DNA of 64,000 bases, from the NCBI GenBank assembly GCA_902572735.1, contig CACGGX010000002.1, positions 13,585-77,584 on the forward strand, written 5' to 3'. Below, one piece after another: positions 18,495 through 27,317 of the stretch. Under the pieces are notes generated by a model. That model saw only the letters and a list, made by a program, of their open reading frames with translations. It did not search any database and was not told the origin of the DNA. The first letter of the stretch is position 1, and each line of letters opens with the position of its first letter. The translations under genes were made by a program, and so were the position numbers. The DNA is from an uncultured Alphaproteobacteria bacterium (lineage in GTDB: Bacteria; Pseudomonadota; Alphaproteobacteria; HIMB59; GCA-002718135).

Positions 18495-20261
18495 ATGTCT
18501 ACTAGGTCTTTAAGAAATAGACTTGCTGATACAACAAATATTTGGCCTGGTTTTGTCGATGTTCTAGCTACTCTTTTAATTGTAATTATATTTGTGCTAA
18601 TGGTTTTTACCGTTTCACAAATATATCTGAGTGATGCTATATCTGGACGAGATAAGGCGCTTCAAGATTTAAGAGCACAAATAAATGAATTATCTAAAAT
18701 ACTTATTATTGAAACTAAAGATAAAGAAGAAGCTCTTTCAACTCTTTCTGAAACTGAGAAAAAACTTGAAGATACAGAAACAAATTTACAAAGTGAGCAA
18801 TTATTAAGTGAGCAATTACAAACTGATGTTGCAAAAAAACGATCAGAAATATTTGTTCAGGAACAAAATATAATAGCTTTATCCGAGCAAATTAGTAGTC
18901 TTTTAAAAGAACTGAGAATAGTTGCAAATGCATTAGAAACTTATGAAGGACAAGAAATTACTTTACTTGAAACCGAGGGGCTAGGAGAACGAATTAATAA
19001 AGCACTTGCAACAAGAATTGATCAACTAAAAATACTTAATCAAGAATTAGATAATGCTAATTTTAAACTACTTGAAAGTGAAAAATCTCTCAAATCTACA
19101 ATAGCAGAATTAAATGAGAAGAATGAAAATTTAATGGCCATTAACGAAAGTCTTGGTTTAGAGGAAGGAGGAATTGAAGAGCAGTTACTTGCAATTAAAA
19201 ATAAAAATGAAAAGCTTCTAAGCTTAAATGATGAATTAGAAAAGACTAACACTGAATTATTATTGAGAGATGAAGAACTACAAAGTCAAATATCTCAATA
19301 TCAAGAACTTATGAATGATCTTTTGGAGATTAATGATAGTCTGGGTTTAAAAGATGCATCACTTAATGAACAACTTGATGCAATTAGGTTTAAAAATGAA
19401 GAATTAGCAAGATTAAATAAAGATTTAATTCAGAAAGATAGCACAATTTTTAATTTGCGAGGAAAAATATCTGAACTAAATAATGTTCTTTCTTTGTCAG
19501 AAGATAAACAAAAACAACAACTAGAAAAACTTGAGTTACTTCAAAGTCAAATTGTTTCATTAGAACAAGAAAGTCAAACACAAAAAGAAACATCACTTGA
19601 AGAAATTAAAAATATGGAAATACAAGCTTCAAAAACATTAGAACAGGTAGAAATTCTTTCTAATCAAATTGATACCTTGCAAAAAGAAATAGCTTTACTT
19701 AATGATGCTTTAGAAGCTAGCGAAAGCCAGGCTTTGATTAAAGATTTAGAAATAGAGGTGCTAGGTGAAAAGTTAAACAAAGCCCTTACATCGAAAGTAT
19801 TTGAGCTCCAAAAATATAGATCTGAGTTTTTTGGAAAACTACAATCTATTTTAGGTGATAGAAAAGACATTAAAATTGTAGGAGATAGATTTATTTTTGA
19901 ATCAGAGTTATTATTTGATTCTGCTTCAGCAGATTTACAACTATCTGGTAAAGAAAAGTTAAGTGAAATTGGCCTTACTTTAAAAGAGACAACTAATGAT
20001 ATTCCTTCAGATATTGACTGGATTATTATGGTAGAAGGACACACTGATAAAAAACCTATACAAACAATTAGATATCCTTCTAACTGGGAATTGTCTTCAG
20101 CTAGAGCTAATACAGTTTTAAAACTTCTTCTTGATCTTGGTTTTCCACCAAATAGATTAGCATCTGCAGGATATGGAGAGTTTTATCCTATCAGTAATGG
20201 AGAAACTGAGAGTGATCTACAACAGAATAGAAGGATTGAATTAAAACTCACTTCACGCTAA
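18495..20261 (+). CDS. MotB-like protein: N-terminal TM with conserved Asp, about 400-aa coiled coil, C-terminal OmpA-like peptidoglycan-binding domain
   Basis: WPGFVDVLATLLIVIIFVL is a MotB/TolR-type TM with Asp22. Residues about 50-445 are E/K/L/Q heptad-rich. The C-terminus GHTDKKPI...SNWELSSARANTV...GYGEFYP...NRRIELKL is a canonical OmpA_C motif. The start lies 2 nt after the upstream stop. Confidence 0.75.
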   Translation: MSTRSLRNRLADTTNIWPGFVDVLATLLIVIIFVLMVFTVSQIYLSDAISGRDKALQDLRAQINELSKILIIETKDKEEALSTLSETEKKLEDTETNLQSEQLLSEQLQTDVAKKRSEIFVQEQNIIALSEQISSLLKELRIVANALETYEGQEITLLETEGLGERINKALATRIDQLKILNQELDNANFKLLESEKSLKSTIAELNEKNENLMAINESLGLEEGGIEEQLLAIKNKNEKLLSLNDELEKTNTELLLRDEELQSQISQYQELMNDLLEINDSLGLKDASLNEQLDAIRFKNEELARLNKDLIQKDSTIFNLRGKISELNNVLSLSEDKQKQQLEKLELLQSQIVSLEQESQTQKETSLEEIKNMEIQASKTLEQVEILSNQIDTLQKEIALLNDALEASESQALIKDLEIEVLGEKLNKALTSKVFELQKYRSEFFGKLQSILGDRKDIKIVGDRFIFESELLFDSASADLQLSGKEKLSEIGLTLKETTNDIPSDIDWIIMVEGHTDKKPIQTIRYPSNWELSSARANTVLKLLLDLGFPPNRLASAGYGEFYPISNGETESDLQQNRRIELKLTSR

Positions 20262-20302
20262 TTTGCCTTAAATTTAACATAAACTGATCATAAAAATTCA
20301 AT

Positions 20303-20806
20303 ATGAGATTTTTAATTTTATTTATCTTAAGTTTCTTTAGCTCATATTCTGTATTTGCTGCATGCAGTGATCAACCAGCAAATGAGGTTGATTGGACTAA
20401 TTGTAATTTTGTAGAAAACCTCGATCTTTCTGGTACTGGTTTGGCAAATTCTCAAATGTCAGGAGTTAATTTATCTTTATCTAATTTTGAAAAATCTCAA
20501 CTTAATAATTCAAATTTATCTATTGGTAATTTTATCTTCTCAAATTTCAGTAATTCTAATTTATATGCTTCAAATTTACAGGGAGCTAATTGTAATAATG
20601 CTAATTTTGATAATGCAAACCTTGCAAAAGTAAACTTTGAGGGATCTAATCTCTTTGGAGCGACTTTTAAAGGTGCAAATCTATATGAGGCAAATCTACT
20701 TGGTGCTAATATTTCAGGTGCAATTTTTGATGAAGCAAATTTGTCAAATGCTATATGGATAGATGGTAAAAAATGTGCTCTTGGTTCTATAGGCAGTTGC
20801 CAATAA
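20303..20806 (+). CDS. Exported pentapeptide-repeat protein (possible lipoprotein)
   Basis: The signal sequence MRFLILFILSFFSSYSVFA-AC could be a lipobox. Long runs of A(N/D)L-x-x pentapeptides follow (ANLAKVNFEGSNLFGATFKGANLYEANLLGANISGAIFDEANLSNA). Cys residues sit at both ends. Confidence 0.8.
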   Translation: MRFLILFILSFFSSYSVFAACSDQPANEVDWTNCNFVENLDLSGTGLANSQMSGVNLSLSNFEKSQLNNSNLSIGNFIFSNFSNSNLYASNLQGANCNNANFDNANLAKVNFEGSNLFGATFKGANLYEANLLGANISGAIFDEANLSNAIWIDGKKCALGSIGSCQ

Positions 20807-20980
20807 TTTTATTATTTCTTTTCATTGCCAGTTGCAAAATGTCAGACGTATCTGAAATACAAAAAAATGATGATAACAAAGTCAATTTTAAAATCACAGG
20901 AAGTAAAGAAACGGGTATTCAAATAAATAACTAAAATATTAATTTACTTTTATCAAATTTAATGATTTGACCTTTAAACA

Positions 20981-21883
20981 ATGAGTCAAAATTCTTATCT
21001 ATATGCCTTTAGTGTAGTTTTTCTTGCTGGAATCTTTTGGAGTTTTGGAGCGTTGACAGTTAGATATATGGTGGATGGTCATCAATATGTTTTTCAATAT
21101 TTATTTTATAGAGGTTTAACAATTTCAATTATTCTTCTTATATATTTATTTTTTCGTGAAGGTTTTGCTTTTTATAAAAATTTTCTCAAAATAGGAATAC
21201 CATCTATACTTGGAGGTTTATTTCTAGCTACAGCTTTTACCGGGTTCATTTTTTCTATTACTATGACTACGGCTGCCGTAACATTATTTATGTTAGCAGC
21301 CATGCCTTTTATTGCAGCCATTGTTGGTTATTTTGTACTTGGCGAAATACTAAAAAGATCAACATTAATTGCAATGGTTGTAGCATTTATAGGTGTTTGT
21401 GTGATGATTATTAATGACAGTATTTCTGGAACTGCTTTAGGTGCAATAATAGGATTTATTTCTGCAACTGGTTTTGCATTATACACGGTAACAATAAGAT
21501 GGAAACCTGAAACACCAAAATTCACAACAGTTGTTTTAGCGGGAATATTTTGTGCAATATTTGCGTTCTTTATTTTAGGCTTCTCTTTTCAACCTTTTAT
21601 TCTGATGCCTGAAATAAATAATTATTTGAGTATACTTCATGGAATAATTGTTGCAGCTGGCTTAATACTTTACAGTCTTGGAGCAAAATACTTACCTTCA
21701 GCTGAGCTTGCACTTTTATCGTTAATGGAAGTTGTTGGAGGAGTTCTGTGGGTATGGCTTCCTATTTTTGGAATTAATGAAGTACCAAGTACAACTGTAA
21801 TAATTGGAGGTTTTATAATAACTTTAGCAGTAGTTTATTATGGTTTTGCTGCTAGGCAGATTGATGTTAATATTAAAACTTAA
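20981..21883 (+). CDS. EamA/DMT-superfamily transporter
   Basis: A 300-aa protein with about 10 TM segments and a two-EamA-repeat architecture. Confidence 0.75.
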   Translation: MSQNSYLYAFSVVFLAGIFWSFGALTVRYMVDGHQYVFQYLFYRGLTISIILLIYLFFREGFAFYKNFLKIGIPSILGGLFLATAFTGFIFSITMTTAAVTLFMLAAMPFIAAIVGYFVLGEILKRSTLIAMVVAFIGVCVMIINDSISGTALGAIIGFISATGFALYTVTIRWKPETPKFTTVVLAGIFCAIFAFFILGFSFQPFILMPEINNYLSILHGIIVAAGLILYSLGAKYLPSAELALLSLMEVVGGVLWVWLPIFGINEVPSTTVIIGGFIITLAVVYYGFAARQIDVNIKT

Positions 21884-23115
21884 ATATTTGCTGTAACTTT
21901 ATTAATATTTTTTCTTGGTAAATTATTTTTAGACCAAACTGTATCAAGAGCCTTAATCATTTTTTCGATATGCTCTTTTCTATGTTTTGGGGTAACAGTT
22001 ATTCTTAGTCTTTCTAAACCTTTTGGTACAGTCGGGTAAAAAATTGGTTGTGCATAAATTCCATGATCATCAATTAAATCTTTAGACACTTTTTTGCACA
22101 AAAAAGGATCATTAATTAATACTGCTACAATATGAGAATTTGTATCCAAATAAGGGATTGCTAAGGAATCTAAATTTTCTCTTATTAAAGCTGCATTTTC
22201 TTTTATTCTTATTCTTAGTTGCTCTGCCAGAGAAACAATATCTATTGCTTTAGCTGCTCCTGCAGCAATTGATGGGCAAATTGAAGTTGTAAAAATAAAA
22301 CCTGGAGAGAAACTTCTAATGTAATCAATTATTTCTGAACTAGCTGTAATATAACCTCCCATTTGACCATATGCTTTTGCTAAAGTTCCATTAATAATAT
22401 CTATTTTATCTTCAACTCCCATTTCTACTGCAATACCTTTACCTTCTTCACCGTAAAGTCCAACTGAATGGACTTCATCAAGATATGTCATACAGTTATA
22501 TTTTTTTGCTAACTCTACTATTTTTACTATAGGCGATCTTATACCTTCCATAGAGTATAAACTTTCAAAAACGATTAACTTAGGATTATCTACATTTGAC
22601 TCTTTTAGTAACTGTTCTAAATGATCAATGTCATTATGTTTAAATATATGACACTTAGCACCACTATTCTTAATACCTTGTATTAAAGATGCGTGATTTA
22701 ATTCATCAGAAAATATCTCAATATCTTTAATTTTTTTTCCTAAAGTCCATAAAGTAGATTGGTTTGCTGTATAAGCAGAAGCAAAAACTAATGCCGCCTC
22801 TTTATTATGAACATTTGCCAGTTTTTTTTCAAGTTCAGTATGAAAGGTTGATGTACCAGAAATATTTCTTGTTCCACCTGAACCAGATCCATATTCAAGT
22901 AGTGTTTTTACAATTTCATTTACTACCTCTGGATGCTGACTCATGTTTAGATAGTCATTAGAGCACCAAACCTCAACTTCTCTTTCTTTGTTTTTAAAAC
23001 TTTCATCTGCATTTGGAAAATTTTTTATAGGTCTGTCTATGTTTCTAAAGTCTCTATAAAGCCCTTGTTCTTTGAGATTTTTTAATTCAGATTTAAAGAA
23101 ACTTTTGTATTGCAT
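21880..23115 (-). CDS. hemA: 5-aminolevulinate synthase
   Basis: The 411-aa product has an alpha-oxoamine synthase fold. The N-terminus F...L..LK..GLYRDF and the sequence [15 protein letters not shown] with the TLAKAYG PLP-Lys region are typical of alphaproteobacterial ALAS. Confidence 0.9.
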   Translation of the reverse strand: MQYKSFFKSELKNLKEQGLYRDFRNIDRPIKNFPNADESFKNKEREVEVWCSNDYLNMSQHPEVVNEIVKTLLEYGSGSGGTRNISGTSTFHTELEKKLANVHNKEAALVFASAYTANQSTLWTLGKKIKDIEIFSDELNHASLIQGIKNSGAKCHIFKHNDIDHLEQLLKESNVDNPKLIVFESLYSMEGIRSPIVKIVELAKKYNCMTYLDEVHSVGLYGEEGKGIAVEMGVEDKIDIINGTLAKAYGQMGGYITASSEIIDYIRSFSPGFIFTTSICPSIAAGAAKAIDIVSLAEQLRIRIKENAALIRENLDSLAIPYLDTNSHIVAVLINDPFLCKKVSKDLIDDHGIYAQPIFYPTVPKGLERLRITVTPKHRKEHIEKMIKALDTVWSKNNLPRKNINKVTANI

Positions 23116-23170
23116 ATTTATTAGATATCTTACCCAATCTTTAATTGTAAGTATTTAATTGAATGAATTG

Positions 23171-23740
23171 TCACACCTTATTCCTACTAAAAGACATTCT
23201 CTTCCAGACACCATATTTATCTTTAATCATAAATCTATGATACAATGCCGCTGCAATATGAAGTGAAAAAAGAGCTGTTAATATAAGTGCTGAGTAGTAG
23301 TGTATAGCTAGAGCTTGAGGGTATAGAAAAAAGTTCTCTTCGATCAAAGGTGGTATTTTAATTAATCCCAAGAGATGTACATCTTCTCCTCCAAGCCATG
23401 TCATAAAGGTACCTTGAATAGGAATAAGAATAACTAAACCATAAAGTACAAAATGGACTAAATTCGAAACCAATTTATGAAATAAAGGAATATTTTCATA
23501 TTTCGGATGAATATTAAATATGTATTTCCACATTAATCTAAGCACTACTAAACTAAAGACTAACGTACCAAAAAATTTATGAGTAATAATAAAGCCCATT
23601 TTAAGAGGAGAAAATTCCATATTATGAAGGCTAATCCCTGTTGCAACTTGCCAAAAAAGAAGAAGTGCCAATGACCAATGAAAAAGTTTTGCAACCAAGC
23701 CCCACGAAGATTTTGTACCTTTAAATTCAACCATTACCAA
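23171..23740 (-). CDS. Cytochrome b561 family protein (CybB-like)
   Basis: A 189-aa protein with 4 TM segments and conserved His positions (KLFHWSLALL, ITHKFFG, VHFVLYG, LHIAAALYH). Confidence 0.7.
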   Translation of the reverse strand: MVMVEFKGTKSSWGLVAKLFHWSLALLLFWQVATGISLHNMEFSPLKMGFIITHKFFGTLVFSLVVLRLMWKYIFNIHPKYENIPLFHKLVSNLVHFVLYGLVILIPIQGTFMTWLGGEDVHLLGLIKIPPLIEENFFLYPQALAIHYYSALILTALFSLHIAAALYHRFMIKDKYGVWKRMSFSRNKV

Positions 23741-23776
23741 TTTTACAATATAGTGTTATTTATAGAAATATAACTA

Positions 23777-25285
23777 ATGAAAATAAGAATTTTATCTAGA
23801 AAAAGTGATTTGGCAATAATTCAAGCACGTGAGTTTTCTGATTACTTAGCATCAAAACATCCATTTGTAGAAATAGAATTTTTAACGAGAAGTACTTCAG
23901 GAGACAAAGATTTAAAAACACCTCTTTCTGAAATGCCAACAGAAGGTGTTTTTACTAATGATTTAAGAGATGAATTAATAAATAACAAATGTGATTTAAT
24001 TGTCCACTCTTGGAAGGATCTTCCAATTGAAGTTGGTGAGAAAACTAAAATTGCCGCTACATTAAAACGTGCTGATAAACGAGATATATTATTCTTAAAA
24101 AAAAACATAACATTAGATAGTAAGAAAATTACTATTCTTTGCTCATCACCTCGAAGACAATATAATTTAGAAAATTTTATTGAAAATTATCTTCCACAAA
24201 AGTTTAATGAAGTTTGCTTTGAAAATATAAGAGGTAACATACCTACTAGATTTAAAAAATTTTTGGAAGATCCTGACAGTGATGGTTTCATTGTTGCTAA
24301 GGCAGCAATTGATAGATTACTTTTAAATAATTATTCTGAATTCAATGAATTAAAAACAACTCTAAAAAAATATATTAACGAATGTCTATGGTCTGTTTTA
24401 CCATTGTCTATAAATCCTTGTTCTCCTGGACAAGGAGCCCTAGCGATTGAAACAAGAATTAAAGATAATAAACTTAACGAAATTTTAAATGATATTAATT
24501 TTTCCAATGATTATTCAAATGTTATTCAAGAAAGAAATATTTTAAAAAATTATGGAGGAGGATGTCACCAAAAAATAGGAGTATCTTACATCTCACATAA
24601 ATTAGGATTAGTTGTATCTAAAAGAGGTGAAGATGAAAATGGCAATCATTTTGAGAGCTGGGATTTTATTGATCCAAAAGATATAAGTTTTTCTAGTAAT
24701 ACAACAGATGAAATTTATCCTGAAAATTTAAAAAATTATAAAATATTTTCTAGAAAACAATTAAATGAAAATGTTGATGATATAAATAATTTACAAAATA
24801 AATGTATTTATGTTTCACGAATTAGCTCAATCCCAGATAAGTCAAAAATCCAATCAAATAATGTTATTTGGACTAGTGGTTTAAGAACATGGAAAAATTT
24901 ATCTGAAAGAGGAATTTGGGTTAATGGAACTTCAGATGGTCTTGGTGAGGATTTTGATAAAGATATTAATTCACTTACAAATAATCCTTGGGTAAAGTTA
25001 ACTCATTCTCAATCTCCTGAAAGTTCCATAAAAAATAAAATTGAAACTTATCAATTAGAGTCTATTGATTTTGAAATAGATATAGAAAAGAAAAAGTACT
25101 TTTATTGGATGAGCAGTTCAGCTTTTAAGGCGAGTATTGATAAATATCCTAAAATTATAGAAAAATATCATTTTTGTGGCCCAGGAAATACTTACAATGA
25201 AATTAGTAAAATATTAGGTAATGATAAAAATCTTTTTGTTGAGCTATCTTATGATAGTTGGAAGAAAAAATTACTAAAAGCCTAA
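23777..25285 (+). CDS. hemC: Hydroxymethylbilane synthase (porphobilinogen deaminase) with a C-terminal extension of about 200 aa, possibly HemD (HEM4)-like
   Basis: Residues 1 to about 295 align by eye with HemC (RKSDLAIIQA, HSWKDLP, SSPRRQ, RGNIPTR, GQGALAIE, cofactor Cys in GGGCHQKIG). Residues about 335-502 show HEM4-like patches (VIWTSGLRTWKNL, FYWMSSSAFKA, FCGPGNTYNEI). Confidence 0.8.
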   Translation: MKIRILSRKSDLAIIQAREFSDYLASKHPFVEIEFLTRSTSGDKDLKTPLSEMPTEGVFTNDLRDELINNKCDLIVHSWKDLPIEVGEKTKIAATLKRADKRDILFLKKNITLDSKKITILCSSPRRQYNLENFIENYLPQKFNEVCFENIRGNIPTRFKKFLEDPDSDGFIVAKAAIDRLLLNNYSEFNELKTTLKKYINECLWSVLPLSINPCSPGQGALAIETRIKDNKLNEILNDINFSNDYSNVIQERNILKNYGGGCHQKIGVSYISHKLGLVVSKRGEDENGNHFESWDFIDPKDISFSSNTTDEIYPENLKNYKIFSRKQLNENVDDINNLQNKCIYVSRISSIPDKSKIQSNNVIWTSGLRTWKNLSERGIWVNGTSDGLGEDFDKDINSLTNNPWVKLTHSQSPESSIKNKIETYQLESIDFEIDIEKKKYFYWMSSSAFKASIDKYPKIIEKYHFCGPGNTYNEISKILGNDKNLFVELSYDSWKKKLLKA

Positions 25286-25287
25286 AA

Positions 25288-26286
25288 ATGACAAATATTT
25301 TATTCGAAAATGCTATCAAAAGAAATATTCAAAAAACACCACCCATTTGGTTTATGAGACAGGCTGGGAGGTACCATTCGCATTATCGCAAGCTAAAAGA
25401 AAAATATACTTTTGAAGAACTATGTAAAACTCCGGATCTAGCTGCAGAAGTTGCTTTTGGTCCAATACAAGAGTTTGATTACGATATTGCAATTTTATTT
25501 AGTGATATTTTATTTATCTTGGAGGGACTTGGTTTAGAATTAAAGTTTGACCCAGGACCTAAATTTAATTCTTATATAAATTCAGAAAACATTAGTAATT
25601 ATAGTAATGTTGATCGTGGTATTGAGCATATGCAGTTTCAATTTGAAGCTATAAAAATAACAAAAGAGAAATTGCCTAATAATAAAAGTTTAATTGGATT
25701 TGTTGGTGGACCTTGGACATTATCAAAATATGCATTTGGAAATAACAACTCTGATTTAATCGACACTAAAATGAATTTAGAATTTATTTCAAAAATTCTT
25801 TTACCTCTTCTTAAGAAAAATATTCAATTACAATTAGATGCAGGTGTTGAACTTGTCATGATTTTTGATAGCTCCTTGTATGATTTAGATAAAATAAATT
25901 TTCATGAAATTTATTCAAAATTTTTGGAAGAGATTGCAATTTCTTTTCCAAATAAACTTGGCTATTATTCAAGAGGTAAGAGTTTAACAGATCTTAATAC
26001 TATCATCAGTTTTCCCTTTGCTGGTTTTGGCTATGATCACACAATAGATCTTAAATTTATGTTTGAAAATCAAAAACATGGATTTATTCAAGGAAATTTT
26101 AATGAACAATTAATGTTAAGCGAAACAGATATATTTCTTAATGATTTAAAAGATTTTATTAAAAAAATGAAATCAATTGAAAATCTTAATGGCTGGATTT
26201 GTGGCCTTGGACATGGAATTAACAAAAATACTCCAGAAAAAAATGTTCATTTATTTATAGAAAATATCAGAAAAGAATTTAGCTAA
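25288..26286 (+). CDS. hemE: Uroporphyrinogen decarboxylase
   Basis: The signature PPIWFMRQAGRY is present. I prefer the ATG at 25288 (2 nt after the hemC stop) to the TTG at 25258. Confidence 0.9.
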   Translation: MTNILFENAIKRNIQKTPPIWFMRQAGRYHSHYRKLKEKYTFEELCKTPDLAAEVAFGPIQEFDYDIAILFSDILFILEGLGLELKFDPGPKFNSYINSENISNYSNVDRGIEHMQFQFEAIKITKEKLPNNKSLIGFVGGPWTLSKYAFGNNNSDLIDTKMNLEFISKILLPLLKKNIQLQLDAGVELVMIFDSSLYDLDKINFHEIYSKFLEEIAISFPNKLGYYSRGKSLTDLNTIISFPFAGFGYDHTIDLKFMFENQKHGFIQGNFNEQLMLSETDIFLNDLKDFIKKMKSIENLNGWICGLGHGINKNTPEKNVHLFIENIRKEFS

Positions 26287-26291
26287 TAGAT

Positions 26292-27317
26292 ATGGTTAAA
26301 TATATAGGTGAAAAAGATTATGAGCACGGGAGTAAAGAAAAAATTGGTGTTTTAATTACTAACCTAGGTACTCCAGATGCTCCAAATAAAAAAGAACTAA
26401 AAGTTTATCTTAATCAATTTTTATCAGATCCTAGAGTAATCGAATTACCTAAAATCTTATGGCAAATTATATTGAAGCTAGTAATTTTACAAATAAGACC
26501 ATCAAAGTCAGCAGAAGCATACAAACAAATTTGGACTGATAAGGGTTCTCCACTTTTAGATATCGCAAACAGACAACTAAATAAAATCCAATCATCTTTT
26601 TCTTCGAAAAATGAAAATATAGTTTTTGAAGTTGGGATGCGCTATGGCAATCCATCTATTCCAGATGCTTTGTTAAAACTTCAAAAAAAACAAGTAAGAA
26701 GATTATTAGTTCTACCTATGTATCCGCAATATTGTGCTGCAACAACAGGTAGTACATTTGATGAAGTAACAAATGTATTGCAAAAATGGCGTTGGATACC
26801 TGAAATGCGTTTTATCAATCAGTACTTTGAAGAAAAAAATTATATTGAAGCATTATCAAATTCAATAAAGTCATTTTGGAAAAAAACTTCAAAACCACAA
26901 AAAATTATTTTTAGTTATCATGGTATACCAAAACGGTATTTGACTAATGGTGATCCGTATCATTGCTTTTGTCTTAAAACCACAAGACTTGTTAAAGAAC
27001 ATATGGGATTATCCGATGATGAGATAATGACTACTTTCCAAAGTAGATTTGGAAGAGAGGAATGGTTAAAGCCATATACAAGTGAAACATTAAAAGAATT
27101 ACCAAAACAAGGGATTAAAAATATACATATAATATCTCCTGGTTTCAGTAGTGATTGTCTTGAAACACTTGAAGAACTTGAAGAAGAAAATAAAGAATAT
27201 TTTATGGAGTCAGGTGGAGAAAATTATCATTATATACCTTGCTTGAATGATCACGATGATCACATAGACGTTTTTGTAAATCTGATAAAAAAACATACTC
27301 AAGGTTGGCCATTATGA
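26292..27317 (+). CDS. hemH: Ferrochelatase
   Basis: IGVLITNLGTPDAP, LPMYPQY and FSYHGIP are classic ferrochelatase blocks. Confidence 0.9.
   Translation: MVKYIGEKDYEHGSKEKIGVLITNLGTPDAPNKKELKVYLNQFLSDPRVIELPKILWQIILKLVILQIRPSKSAEAYKQIWTDKGSPLLDIANRQLNKIQSSFSSKNENIVFEVGMRYGNPSIPDALLKLQKKQVRRLLVLPMYPQYCAATTGSTFDEVTNVLQKWRWIPEMRFINQYFEEKNYIEALSNSIKSFWKKTSKPQKIIFSYHGIPKRYLTNGDPYHCFCLKTTRLVKEHMGLSDDEIMTTFQSRFGREEWLKPYTSETLKELPKQGIKNIHIISPGFSSDCLETLEELEEENKEYFMESGGENYHYIPCLNDHDDHIDVFVNLIKKHTQGWPL

Noticed and set aside
17467-20261. Interpreting the MotA/MotB-like pair as a flagellar stator, a TolQR/ExbBD system or a Zorya anti-phage system.
   Set aside because: No fli/flg/che, tolA/tolB/pal, tonB or zorC/D/E-like genes are adjacent. 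ORF B is far longer than TolR, ExbD, MotB or ZorB, and the long coiled coil is on B, not on A as in ZorA. I therefore leave the function unassigned. Genome-wide absence of those partner genes cannot be verified from this window.
20839-20934. 31-codon ORF (MSDVSEIQKNDDNKVNFKITGSKETGIQINN) in the 174-nt spacer upstream of the EamA transporter.
   Set aside because: There is no Shine-Dalgarno-like sequence and no recognisable family, and its length is well within chance expectation. The spacer may instead hold a promoter or 5' UTR. I cannot support a feature call.
25258-25287. Upstream alternative starts suggested by the ORF track: TTG 25258 for hemE, ATG 29306 for the family-5 binding protein, 31902 and 32822 for the permease and ATPase, 39094 for the TPR protein, TTG 13600 for the peroxiredoxin, TTG 27305 for hemF.
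   Set aside because: In each case a downstream in-frame ATG gives a canonical N-terminus (a signal peptide or a family-typical start), an RBS or an ATGA stop/start coupling. That choice also removes an implausibly long overlap with the upstream gene.
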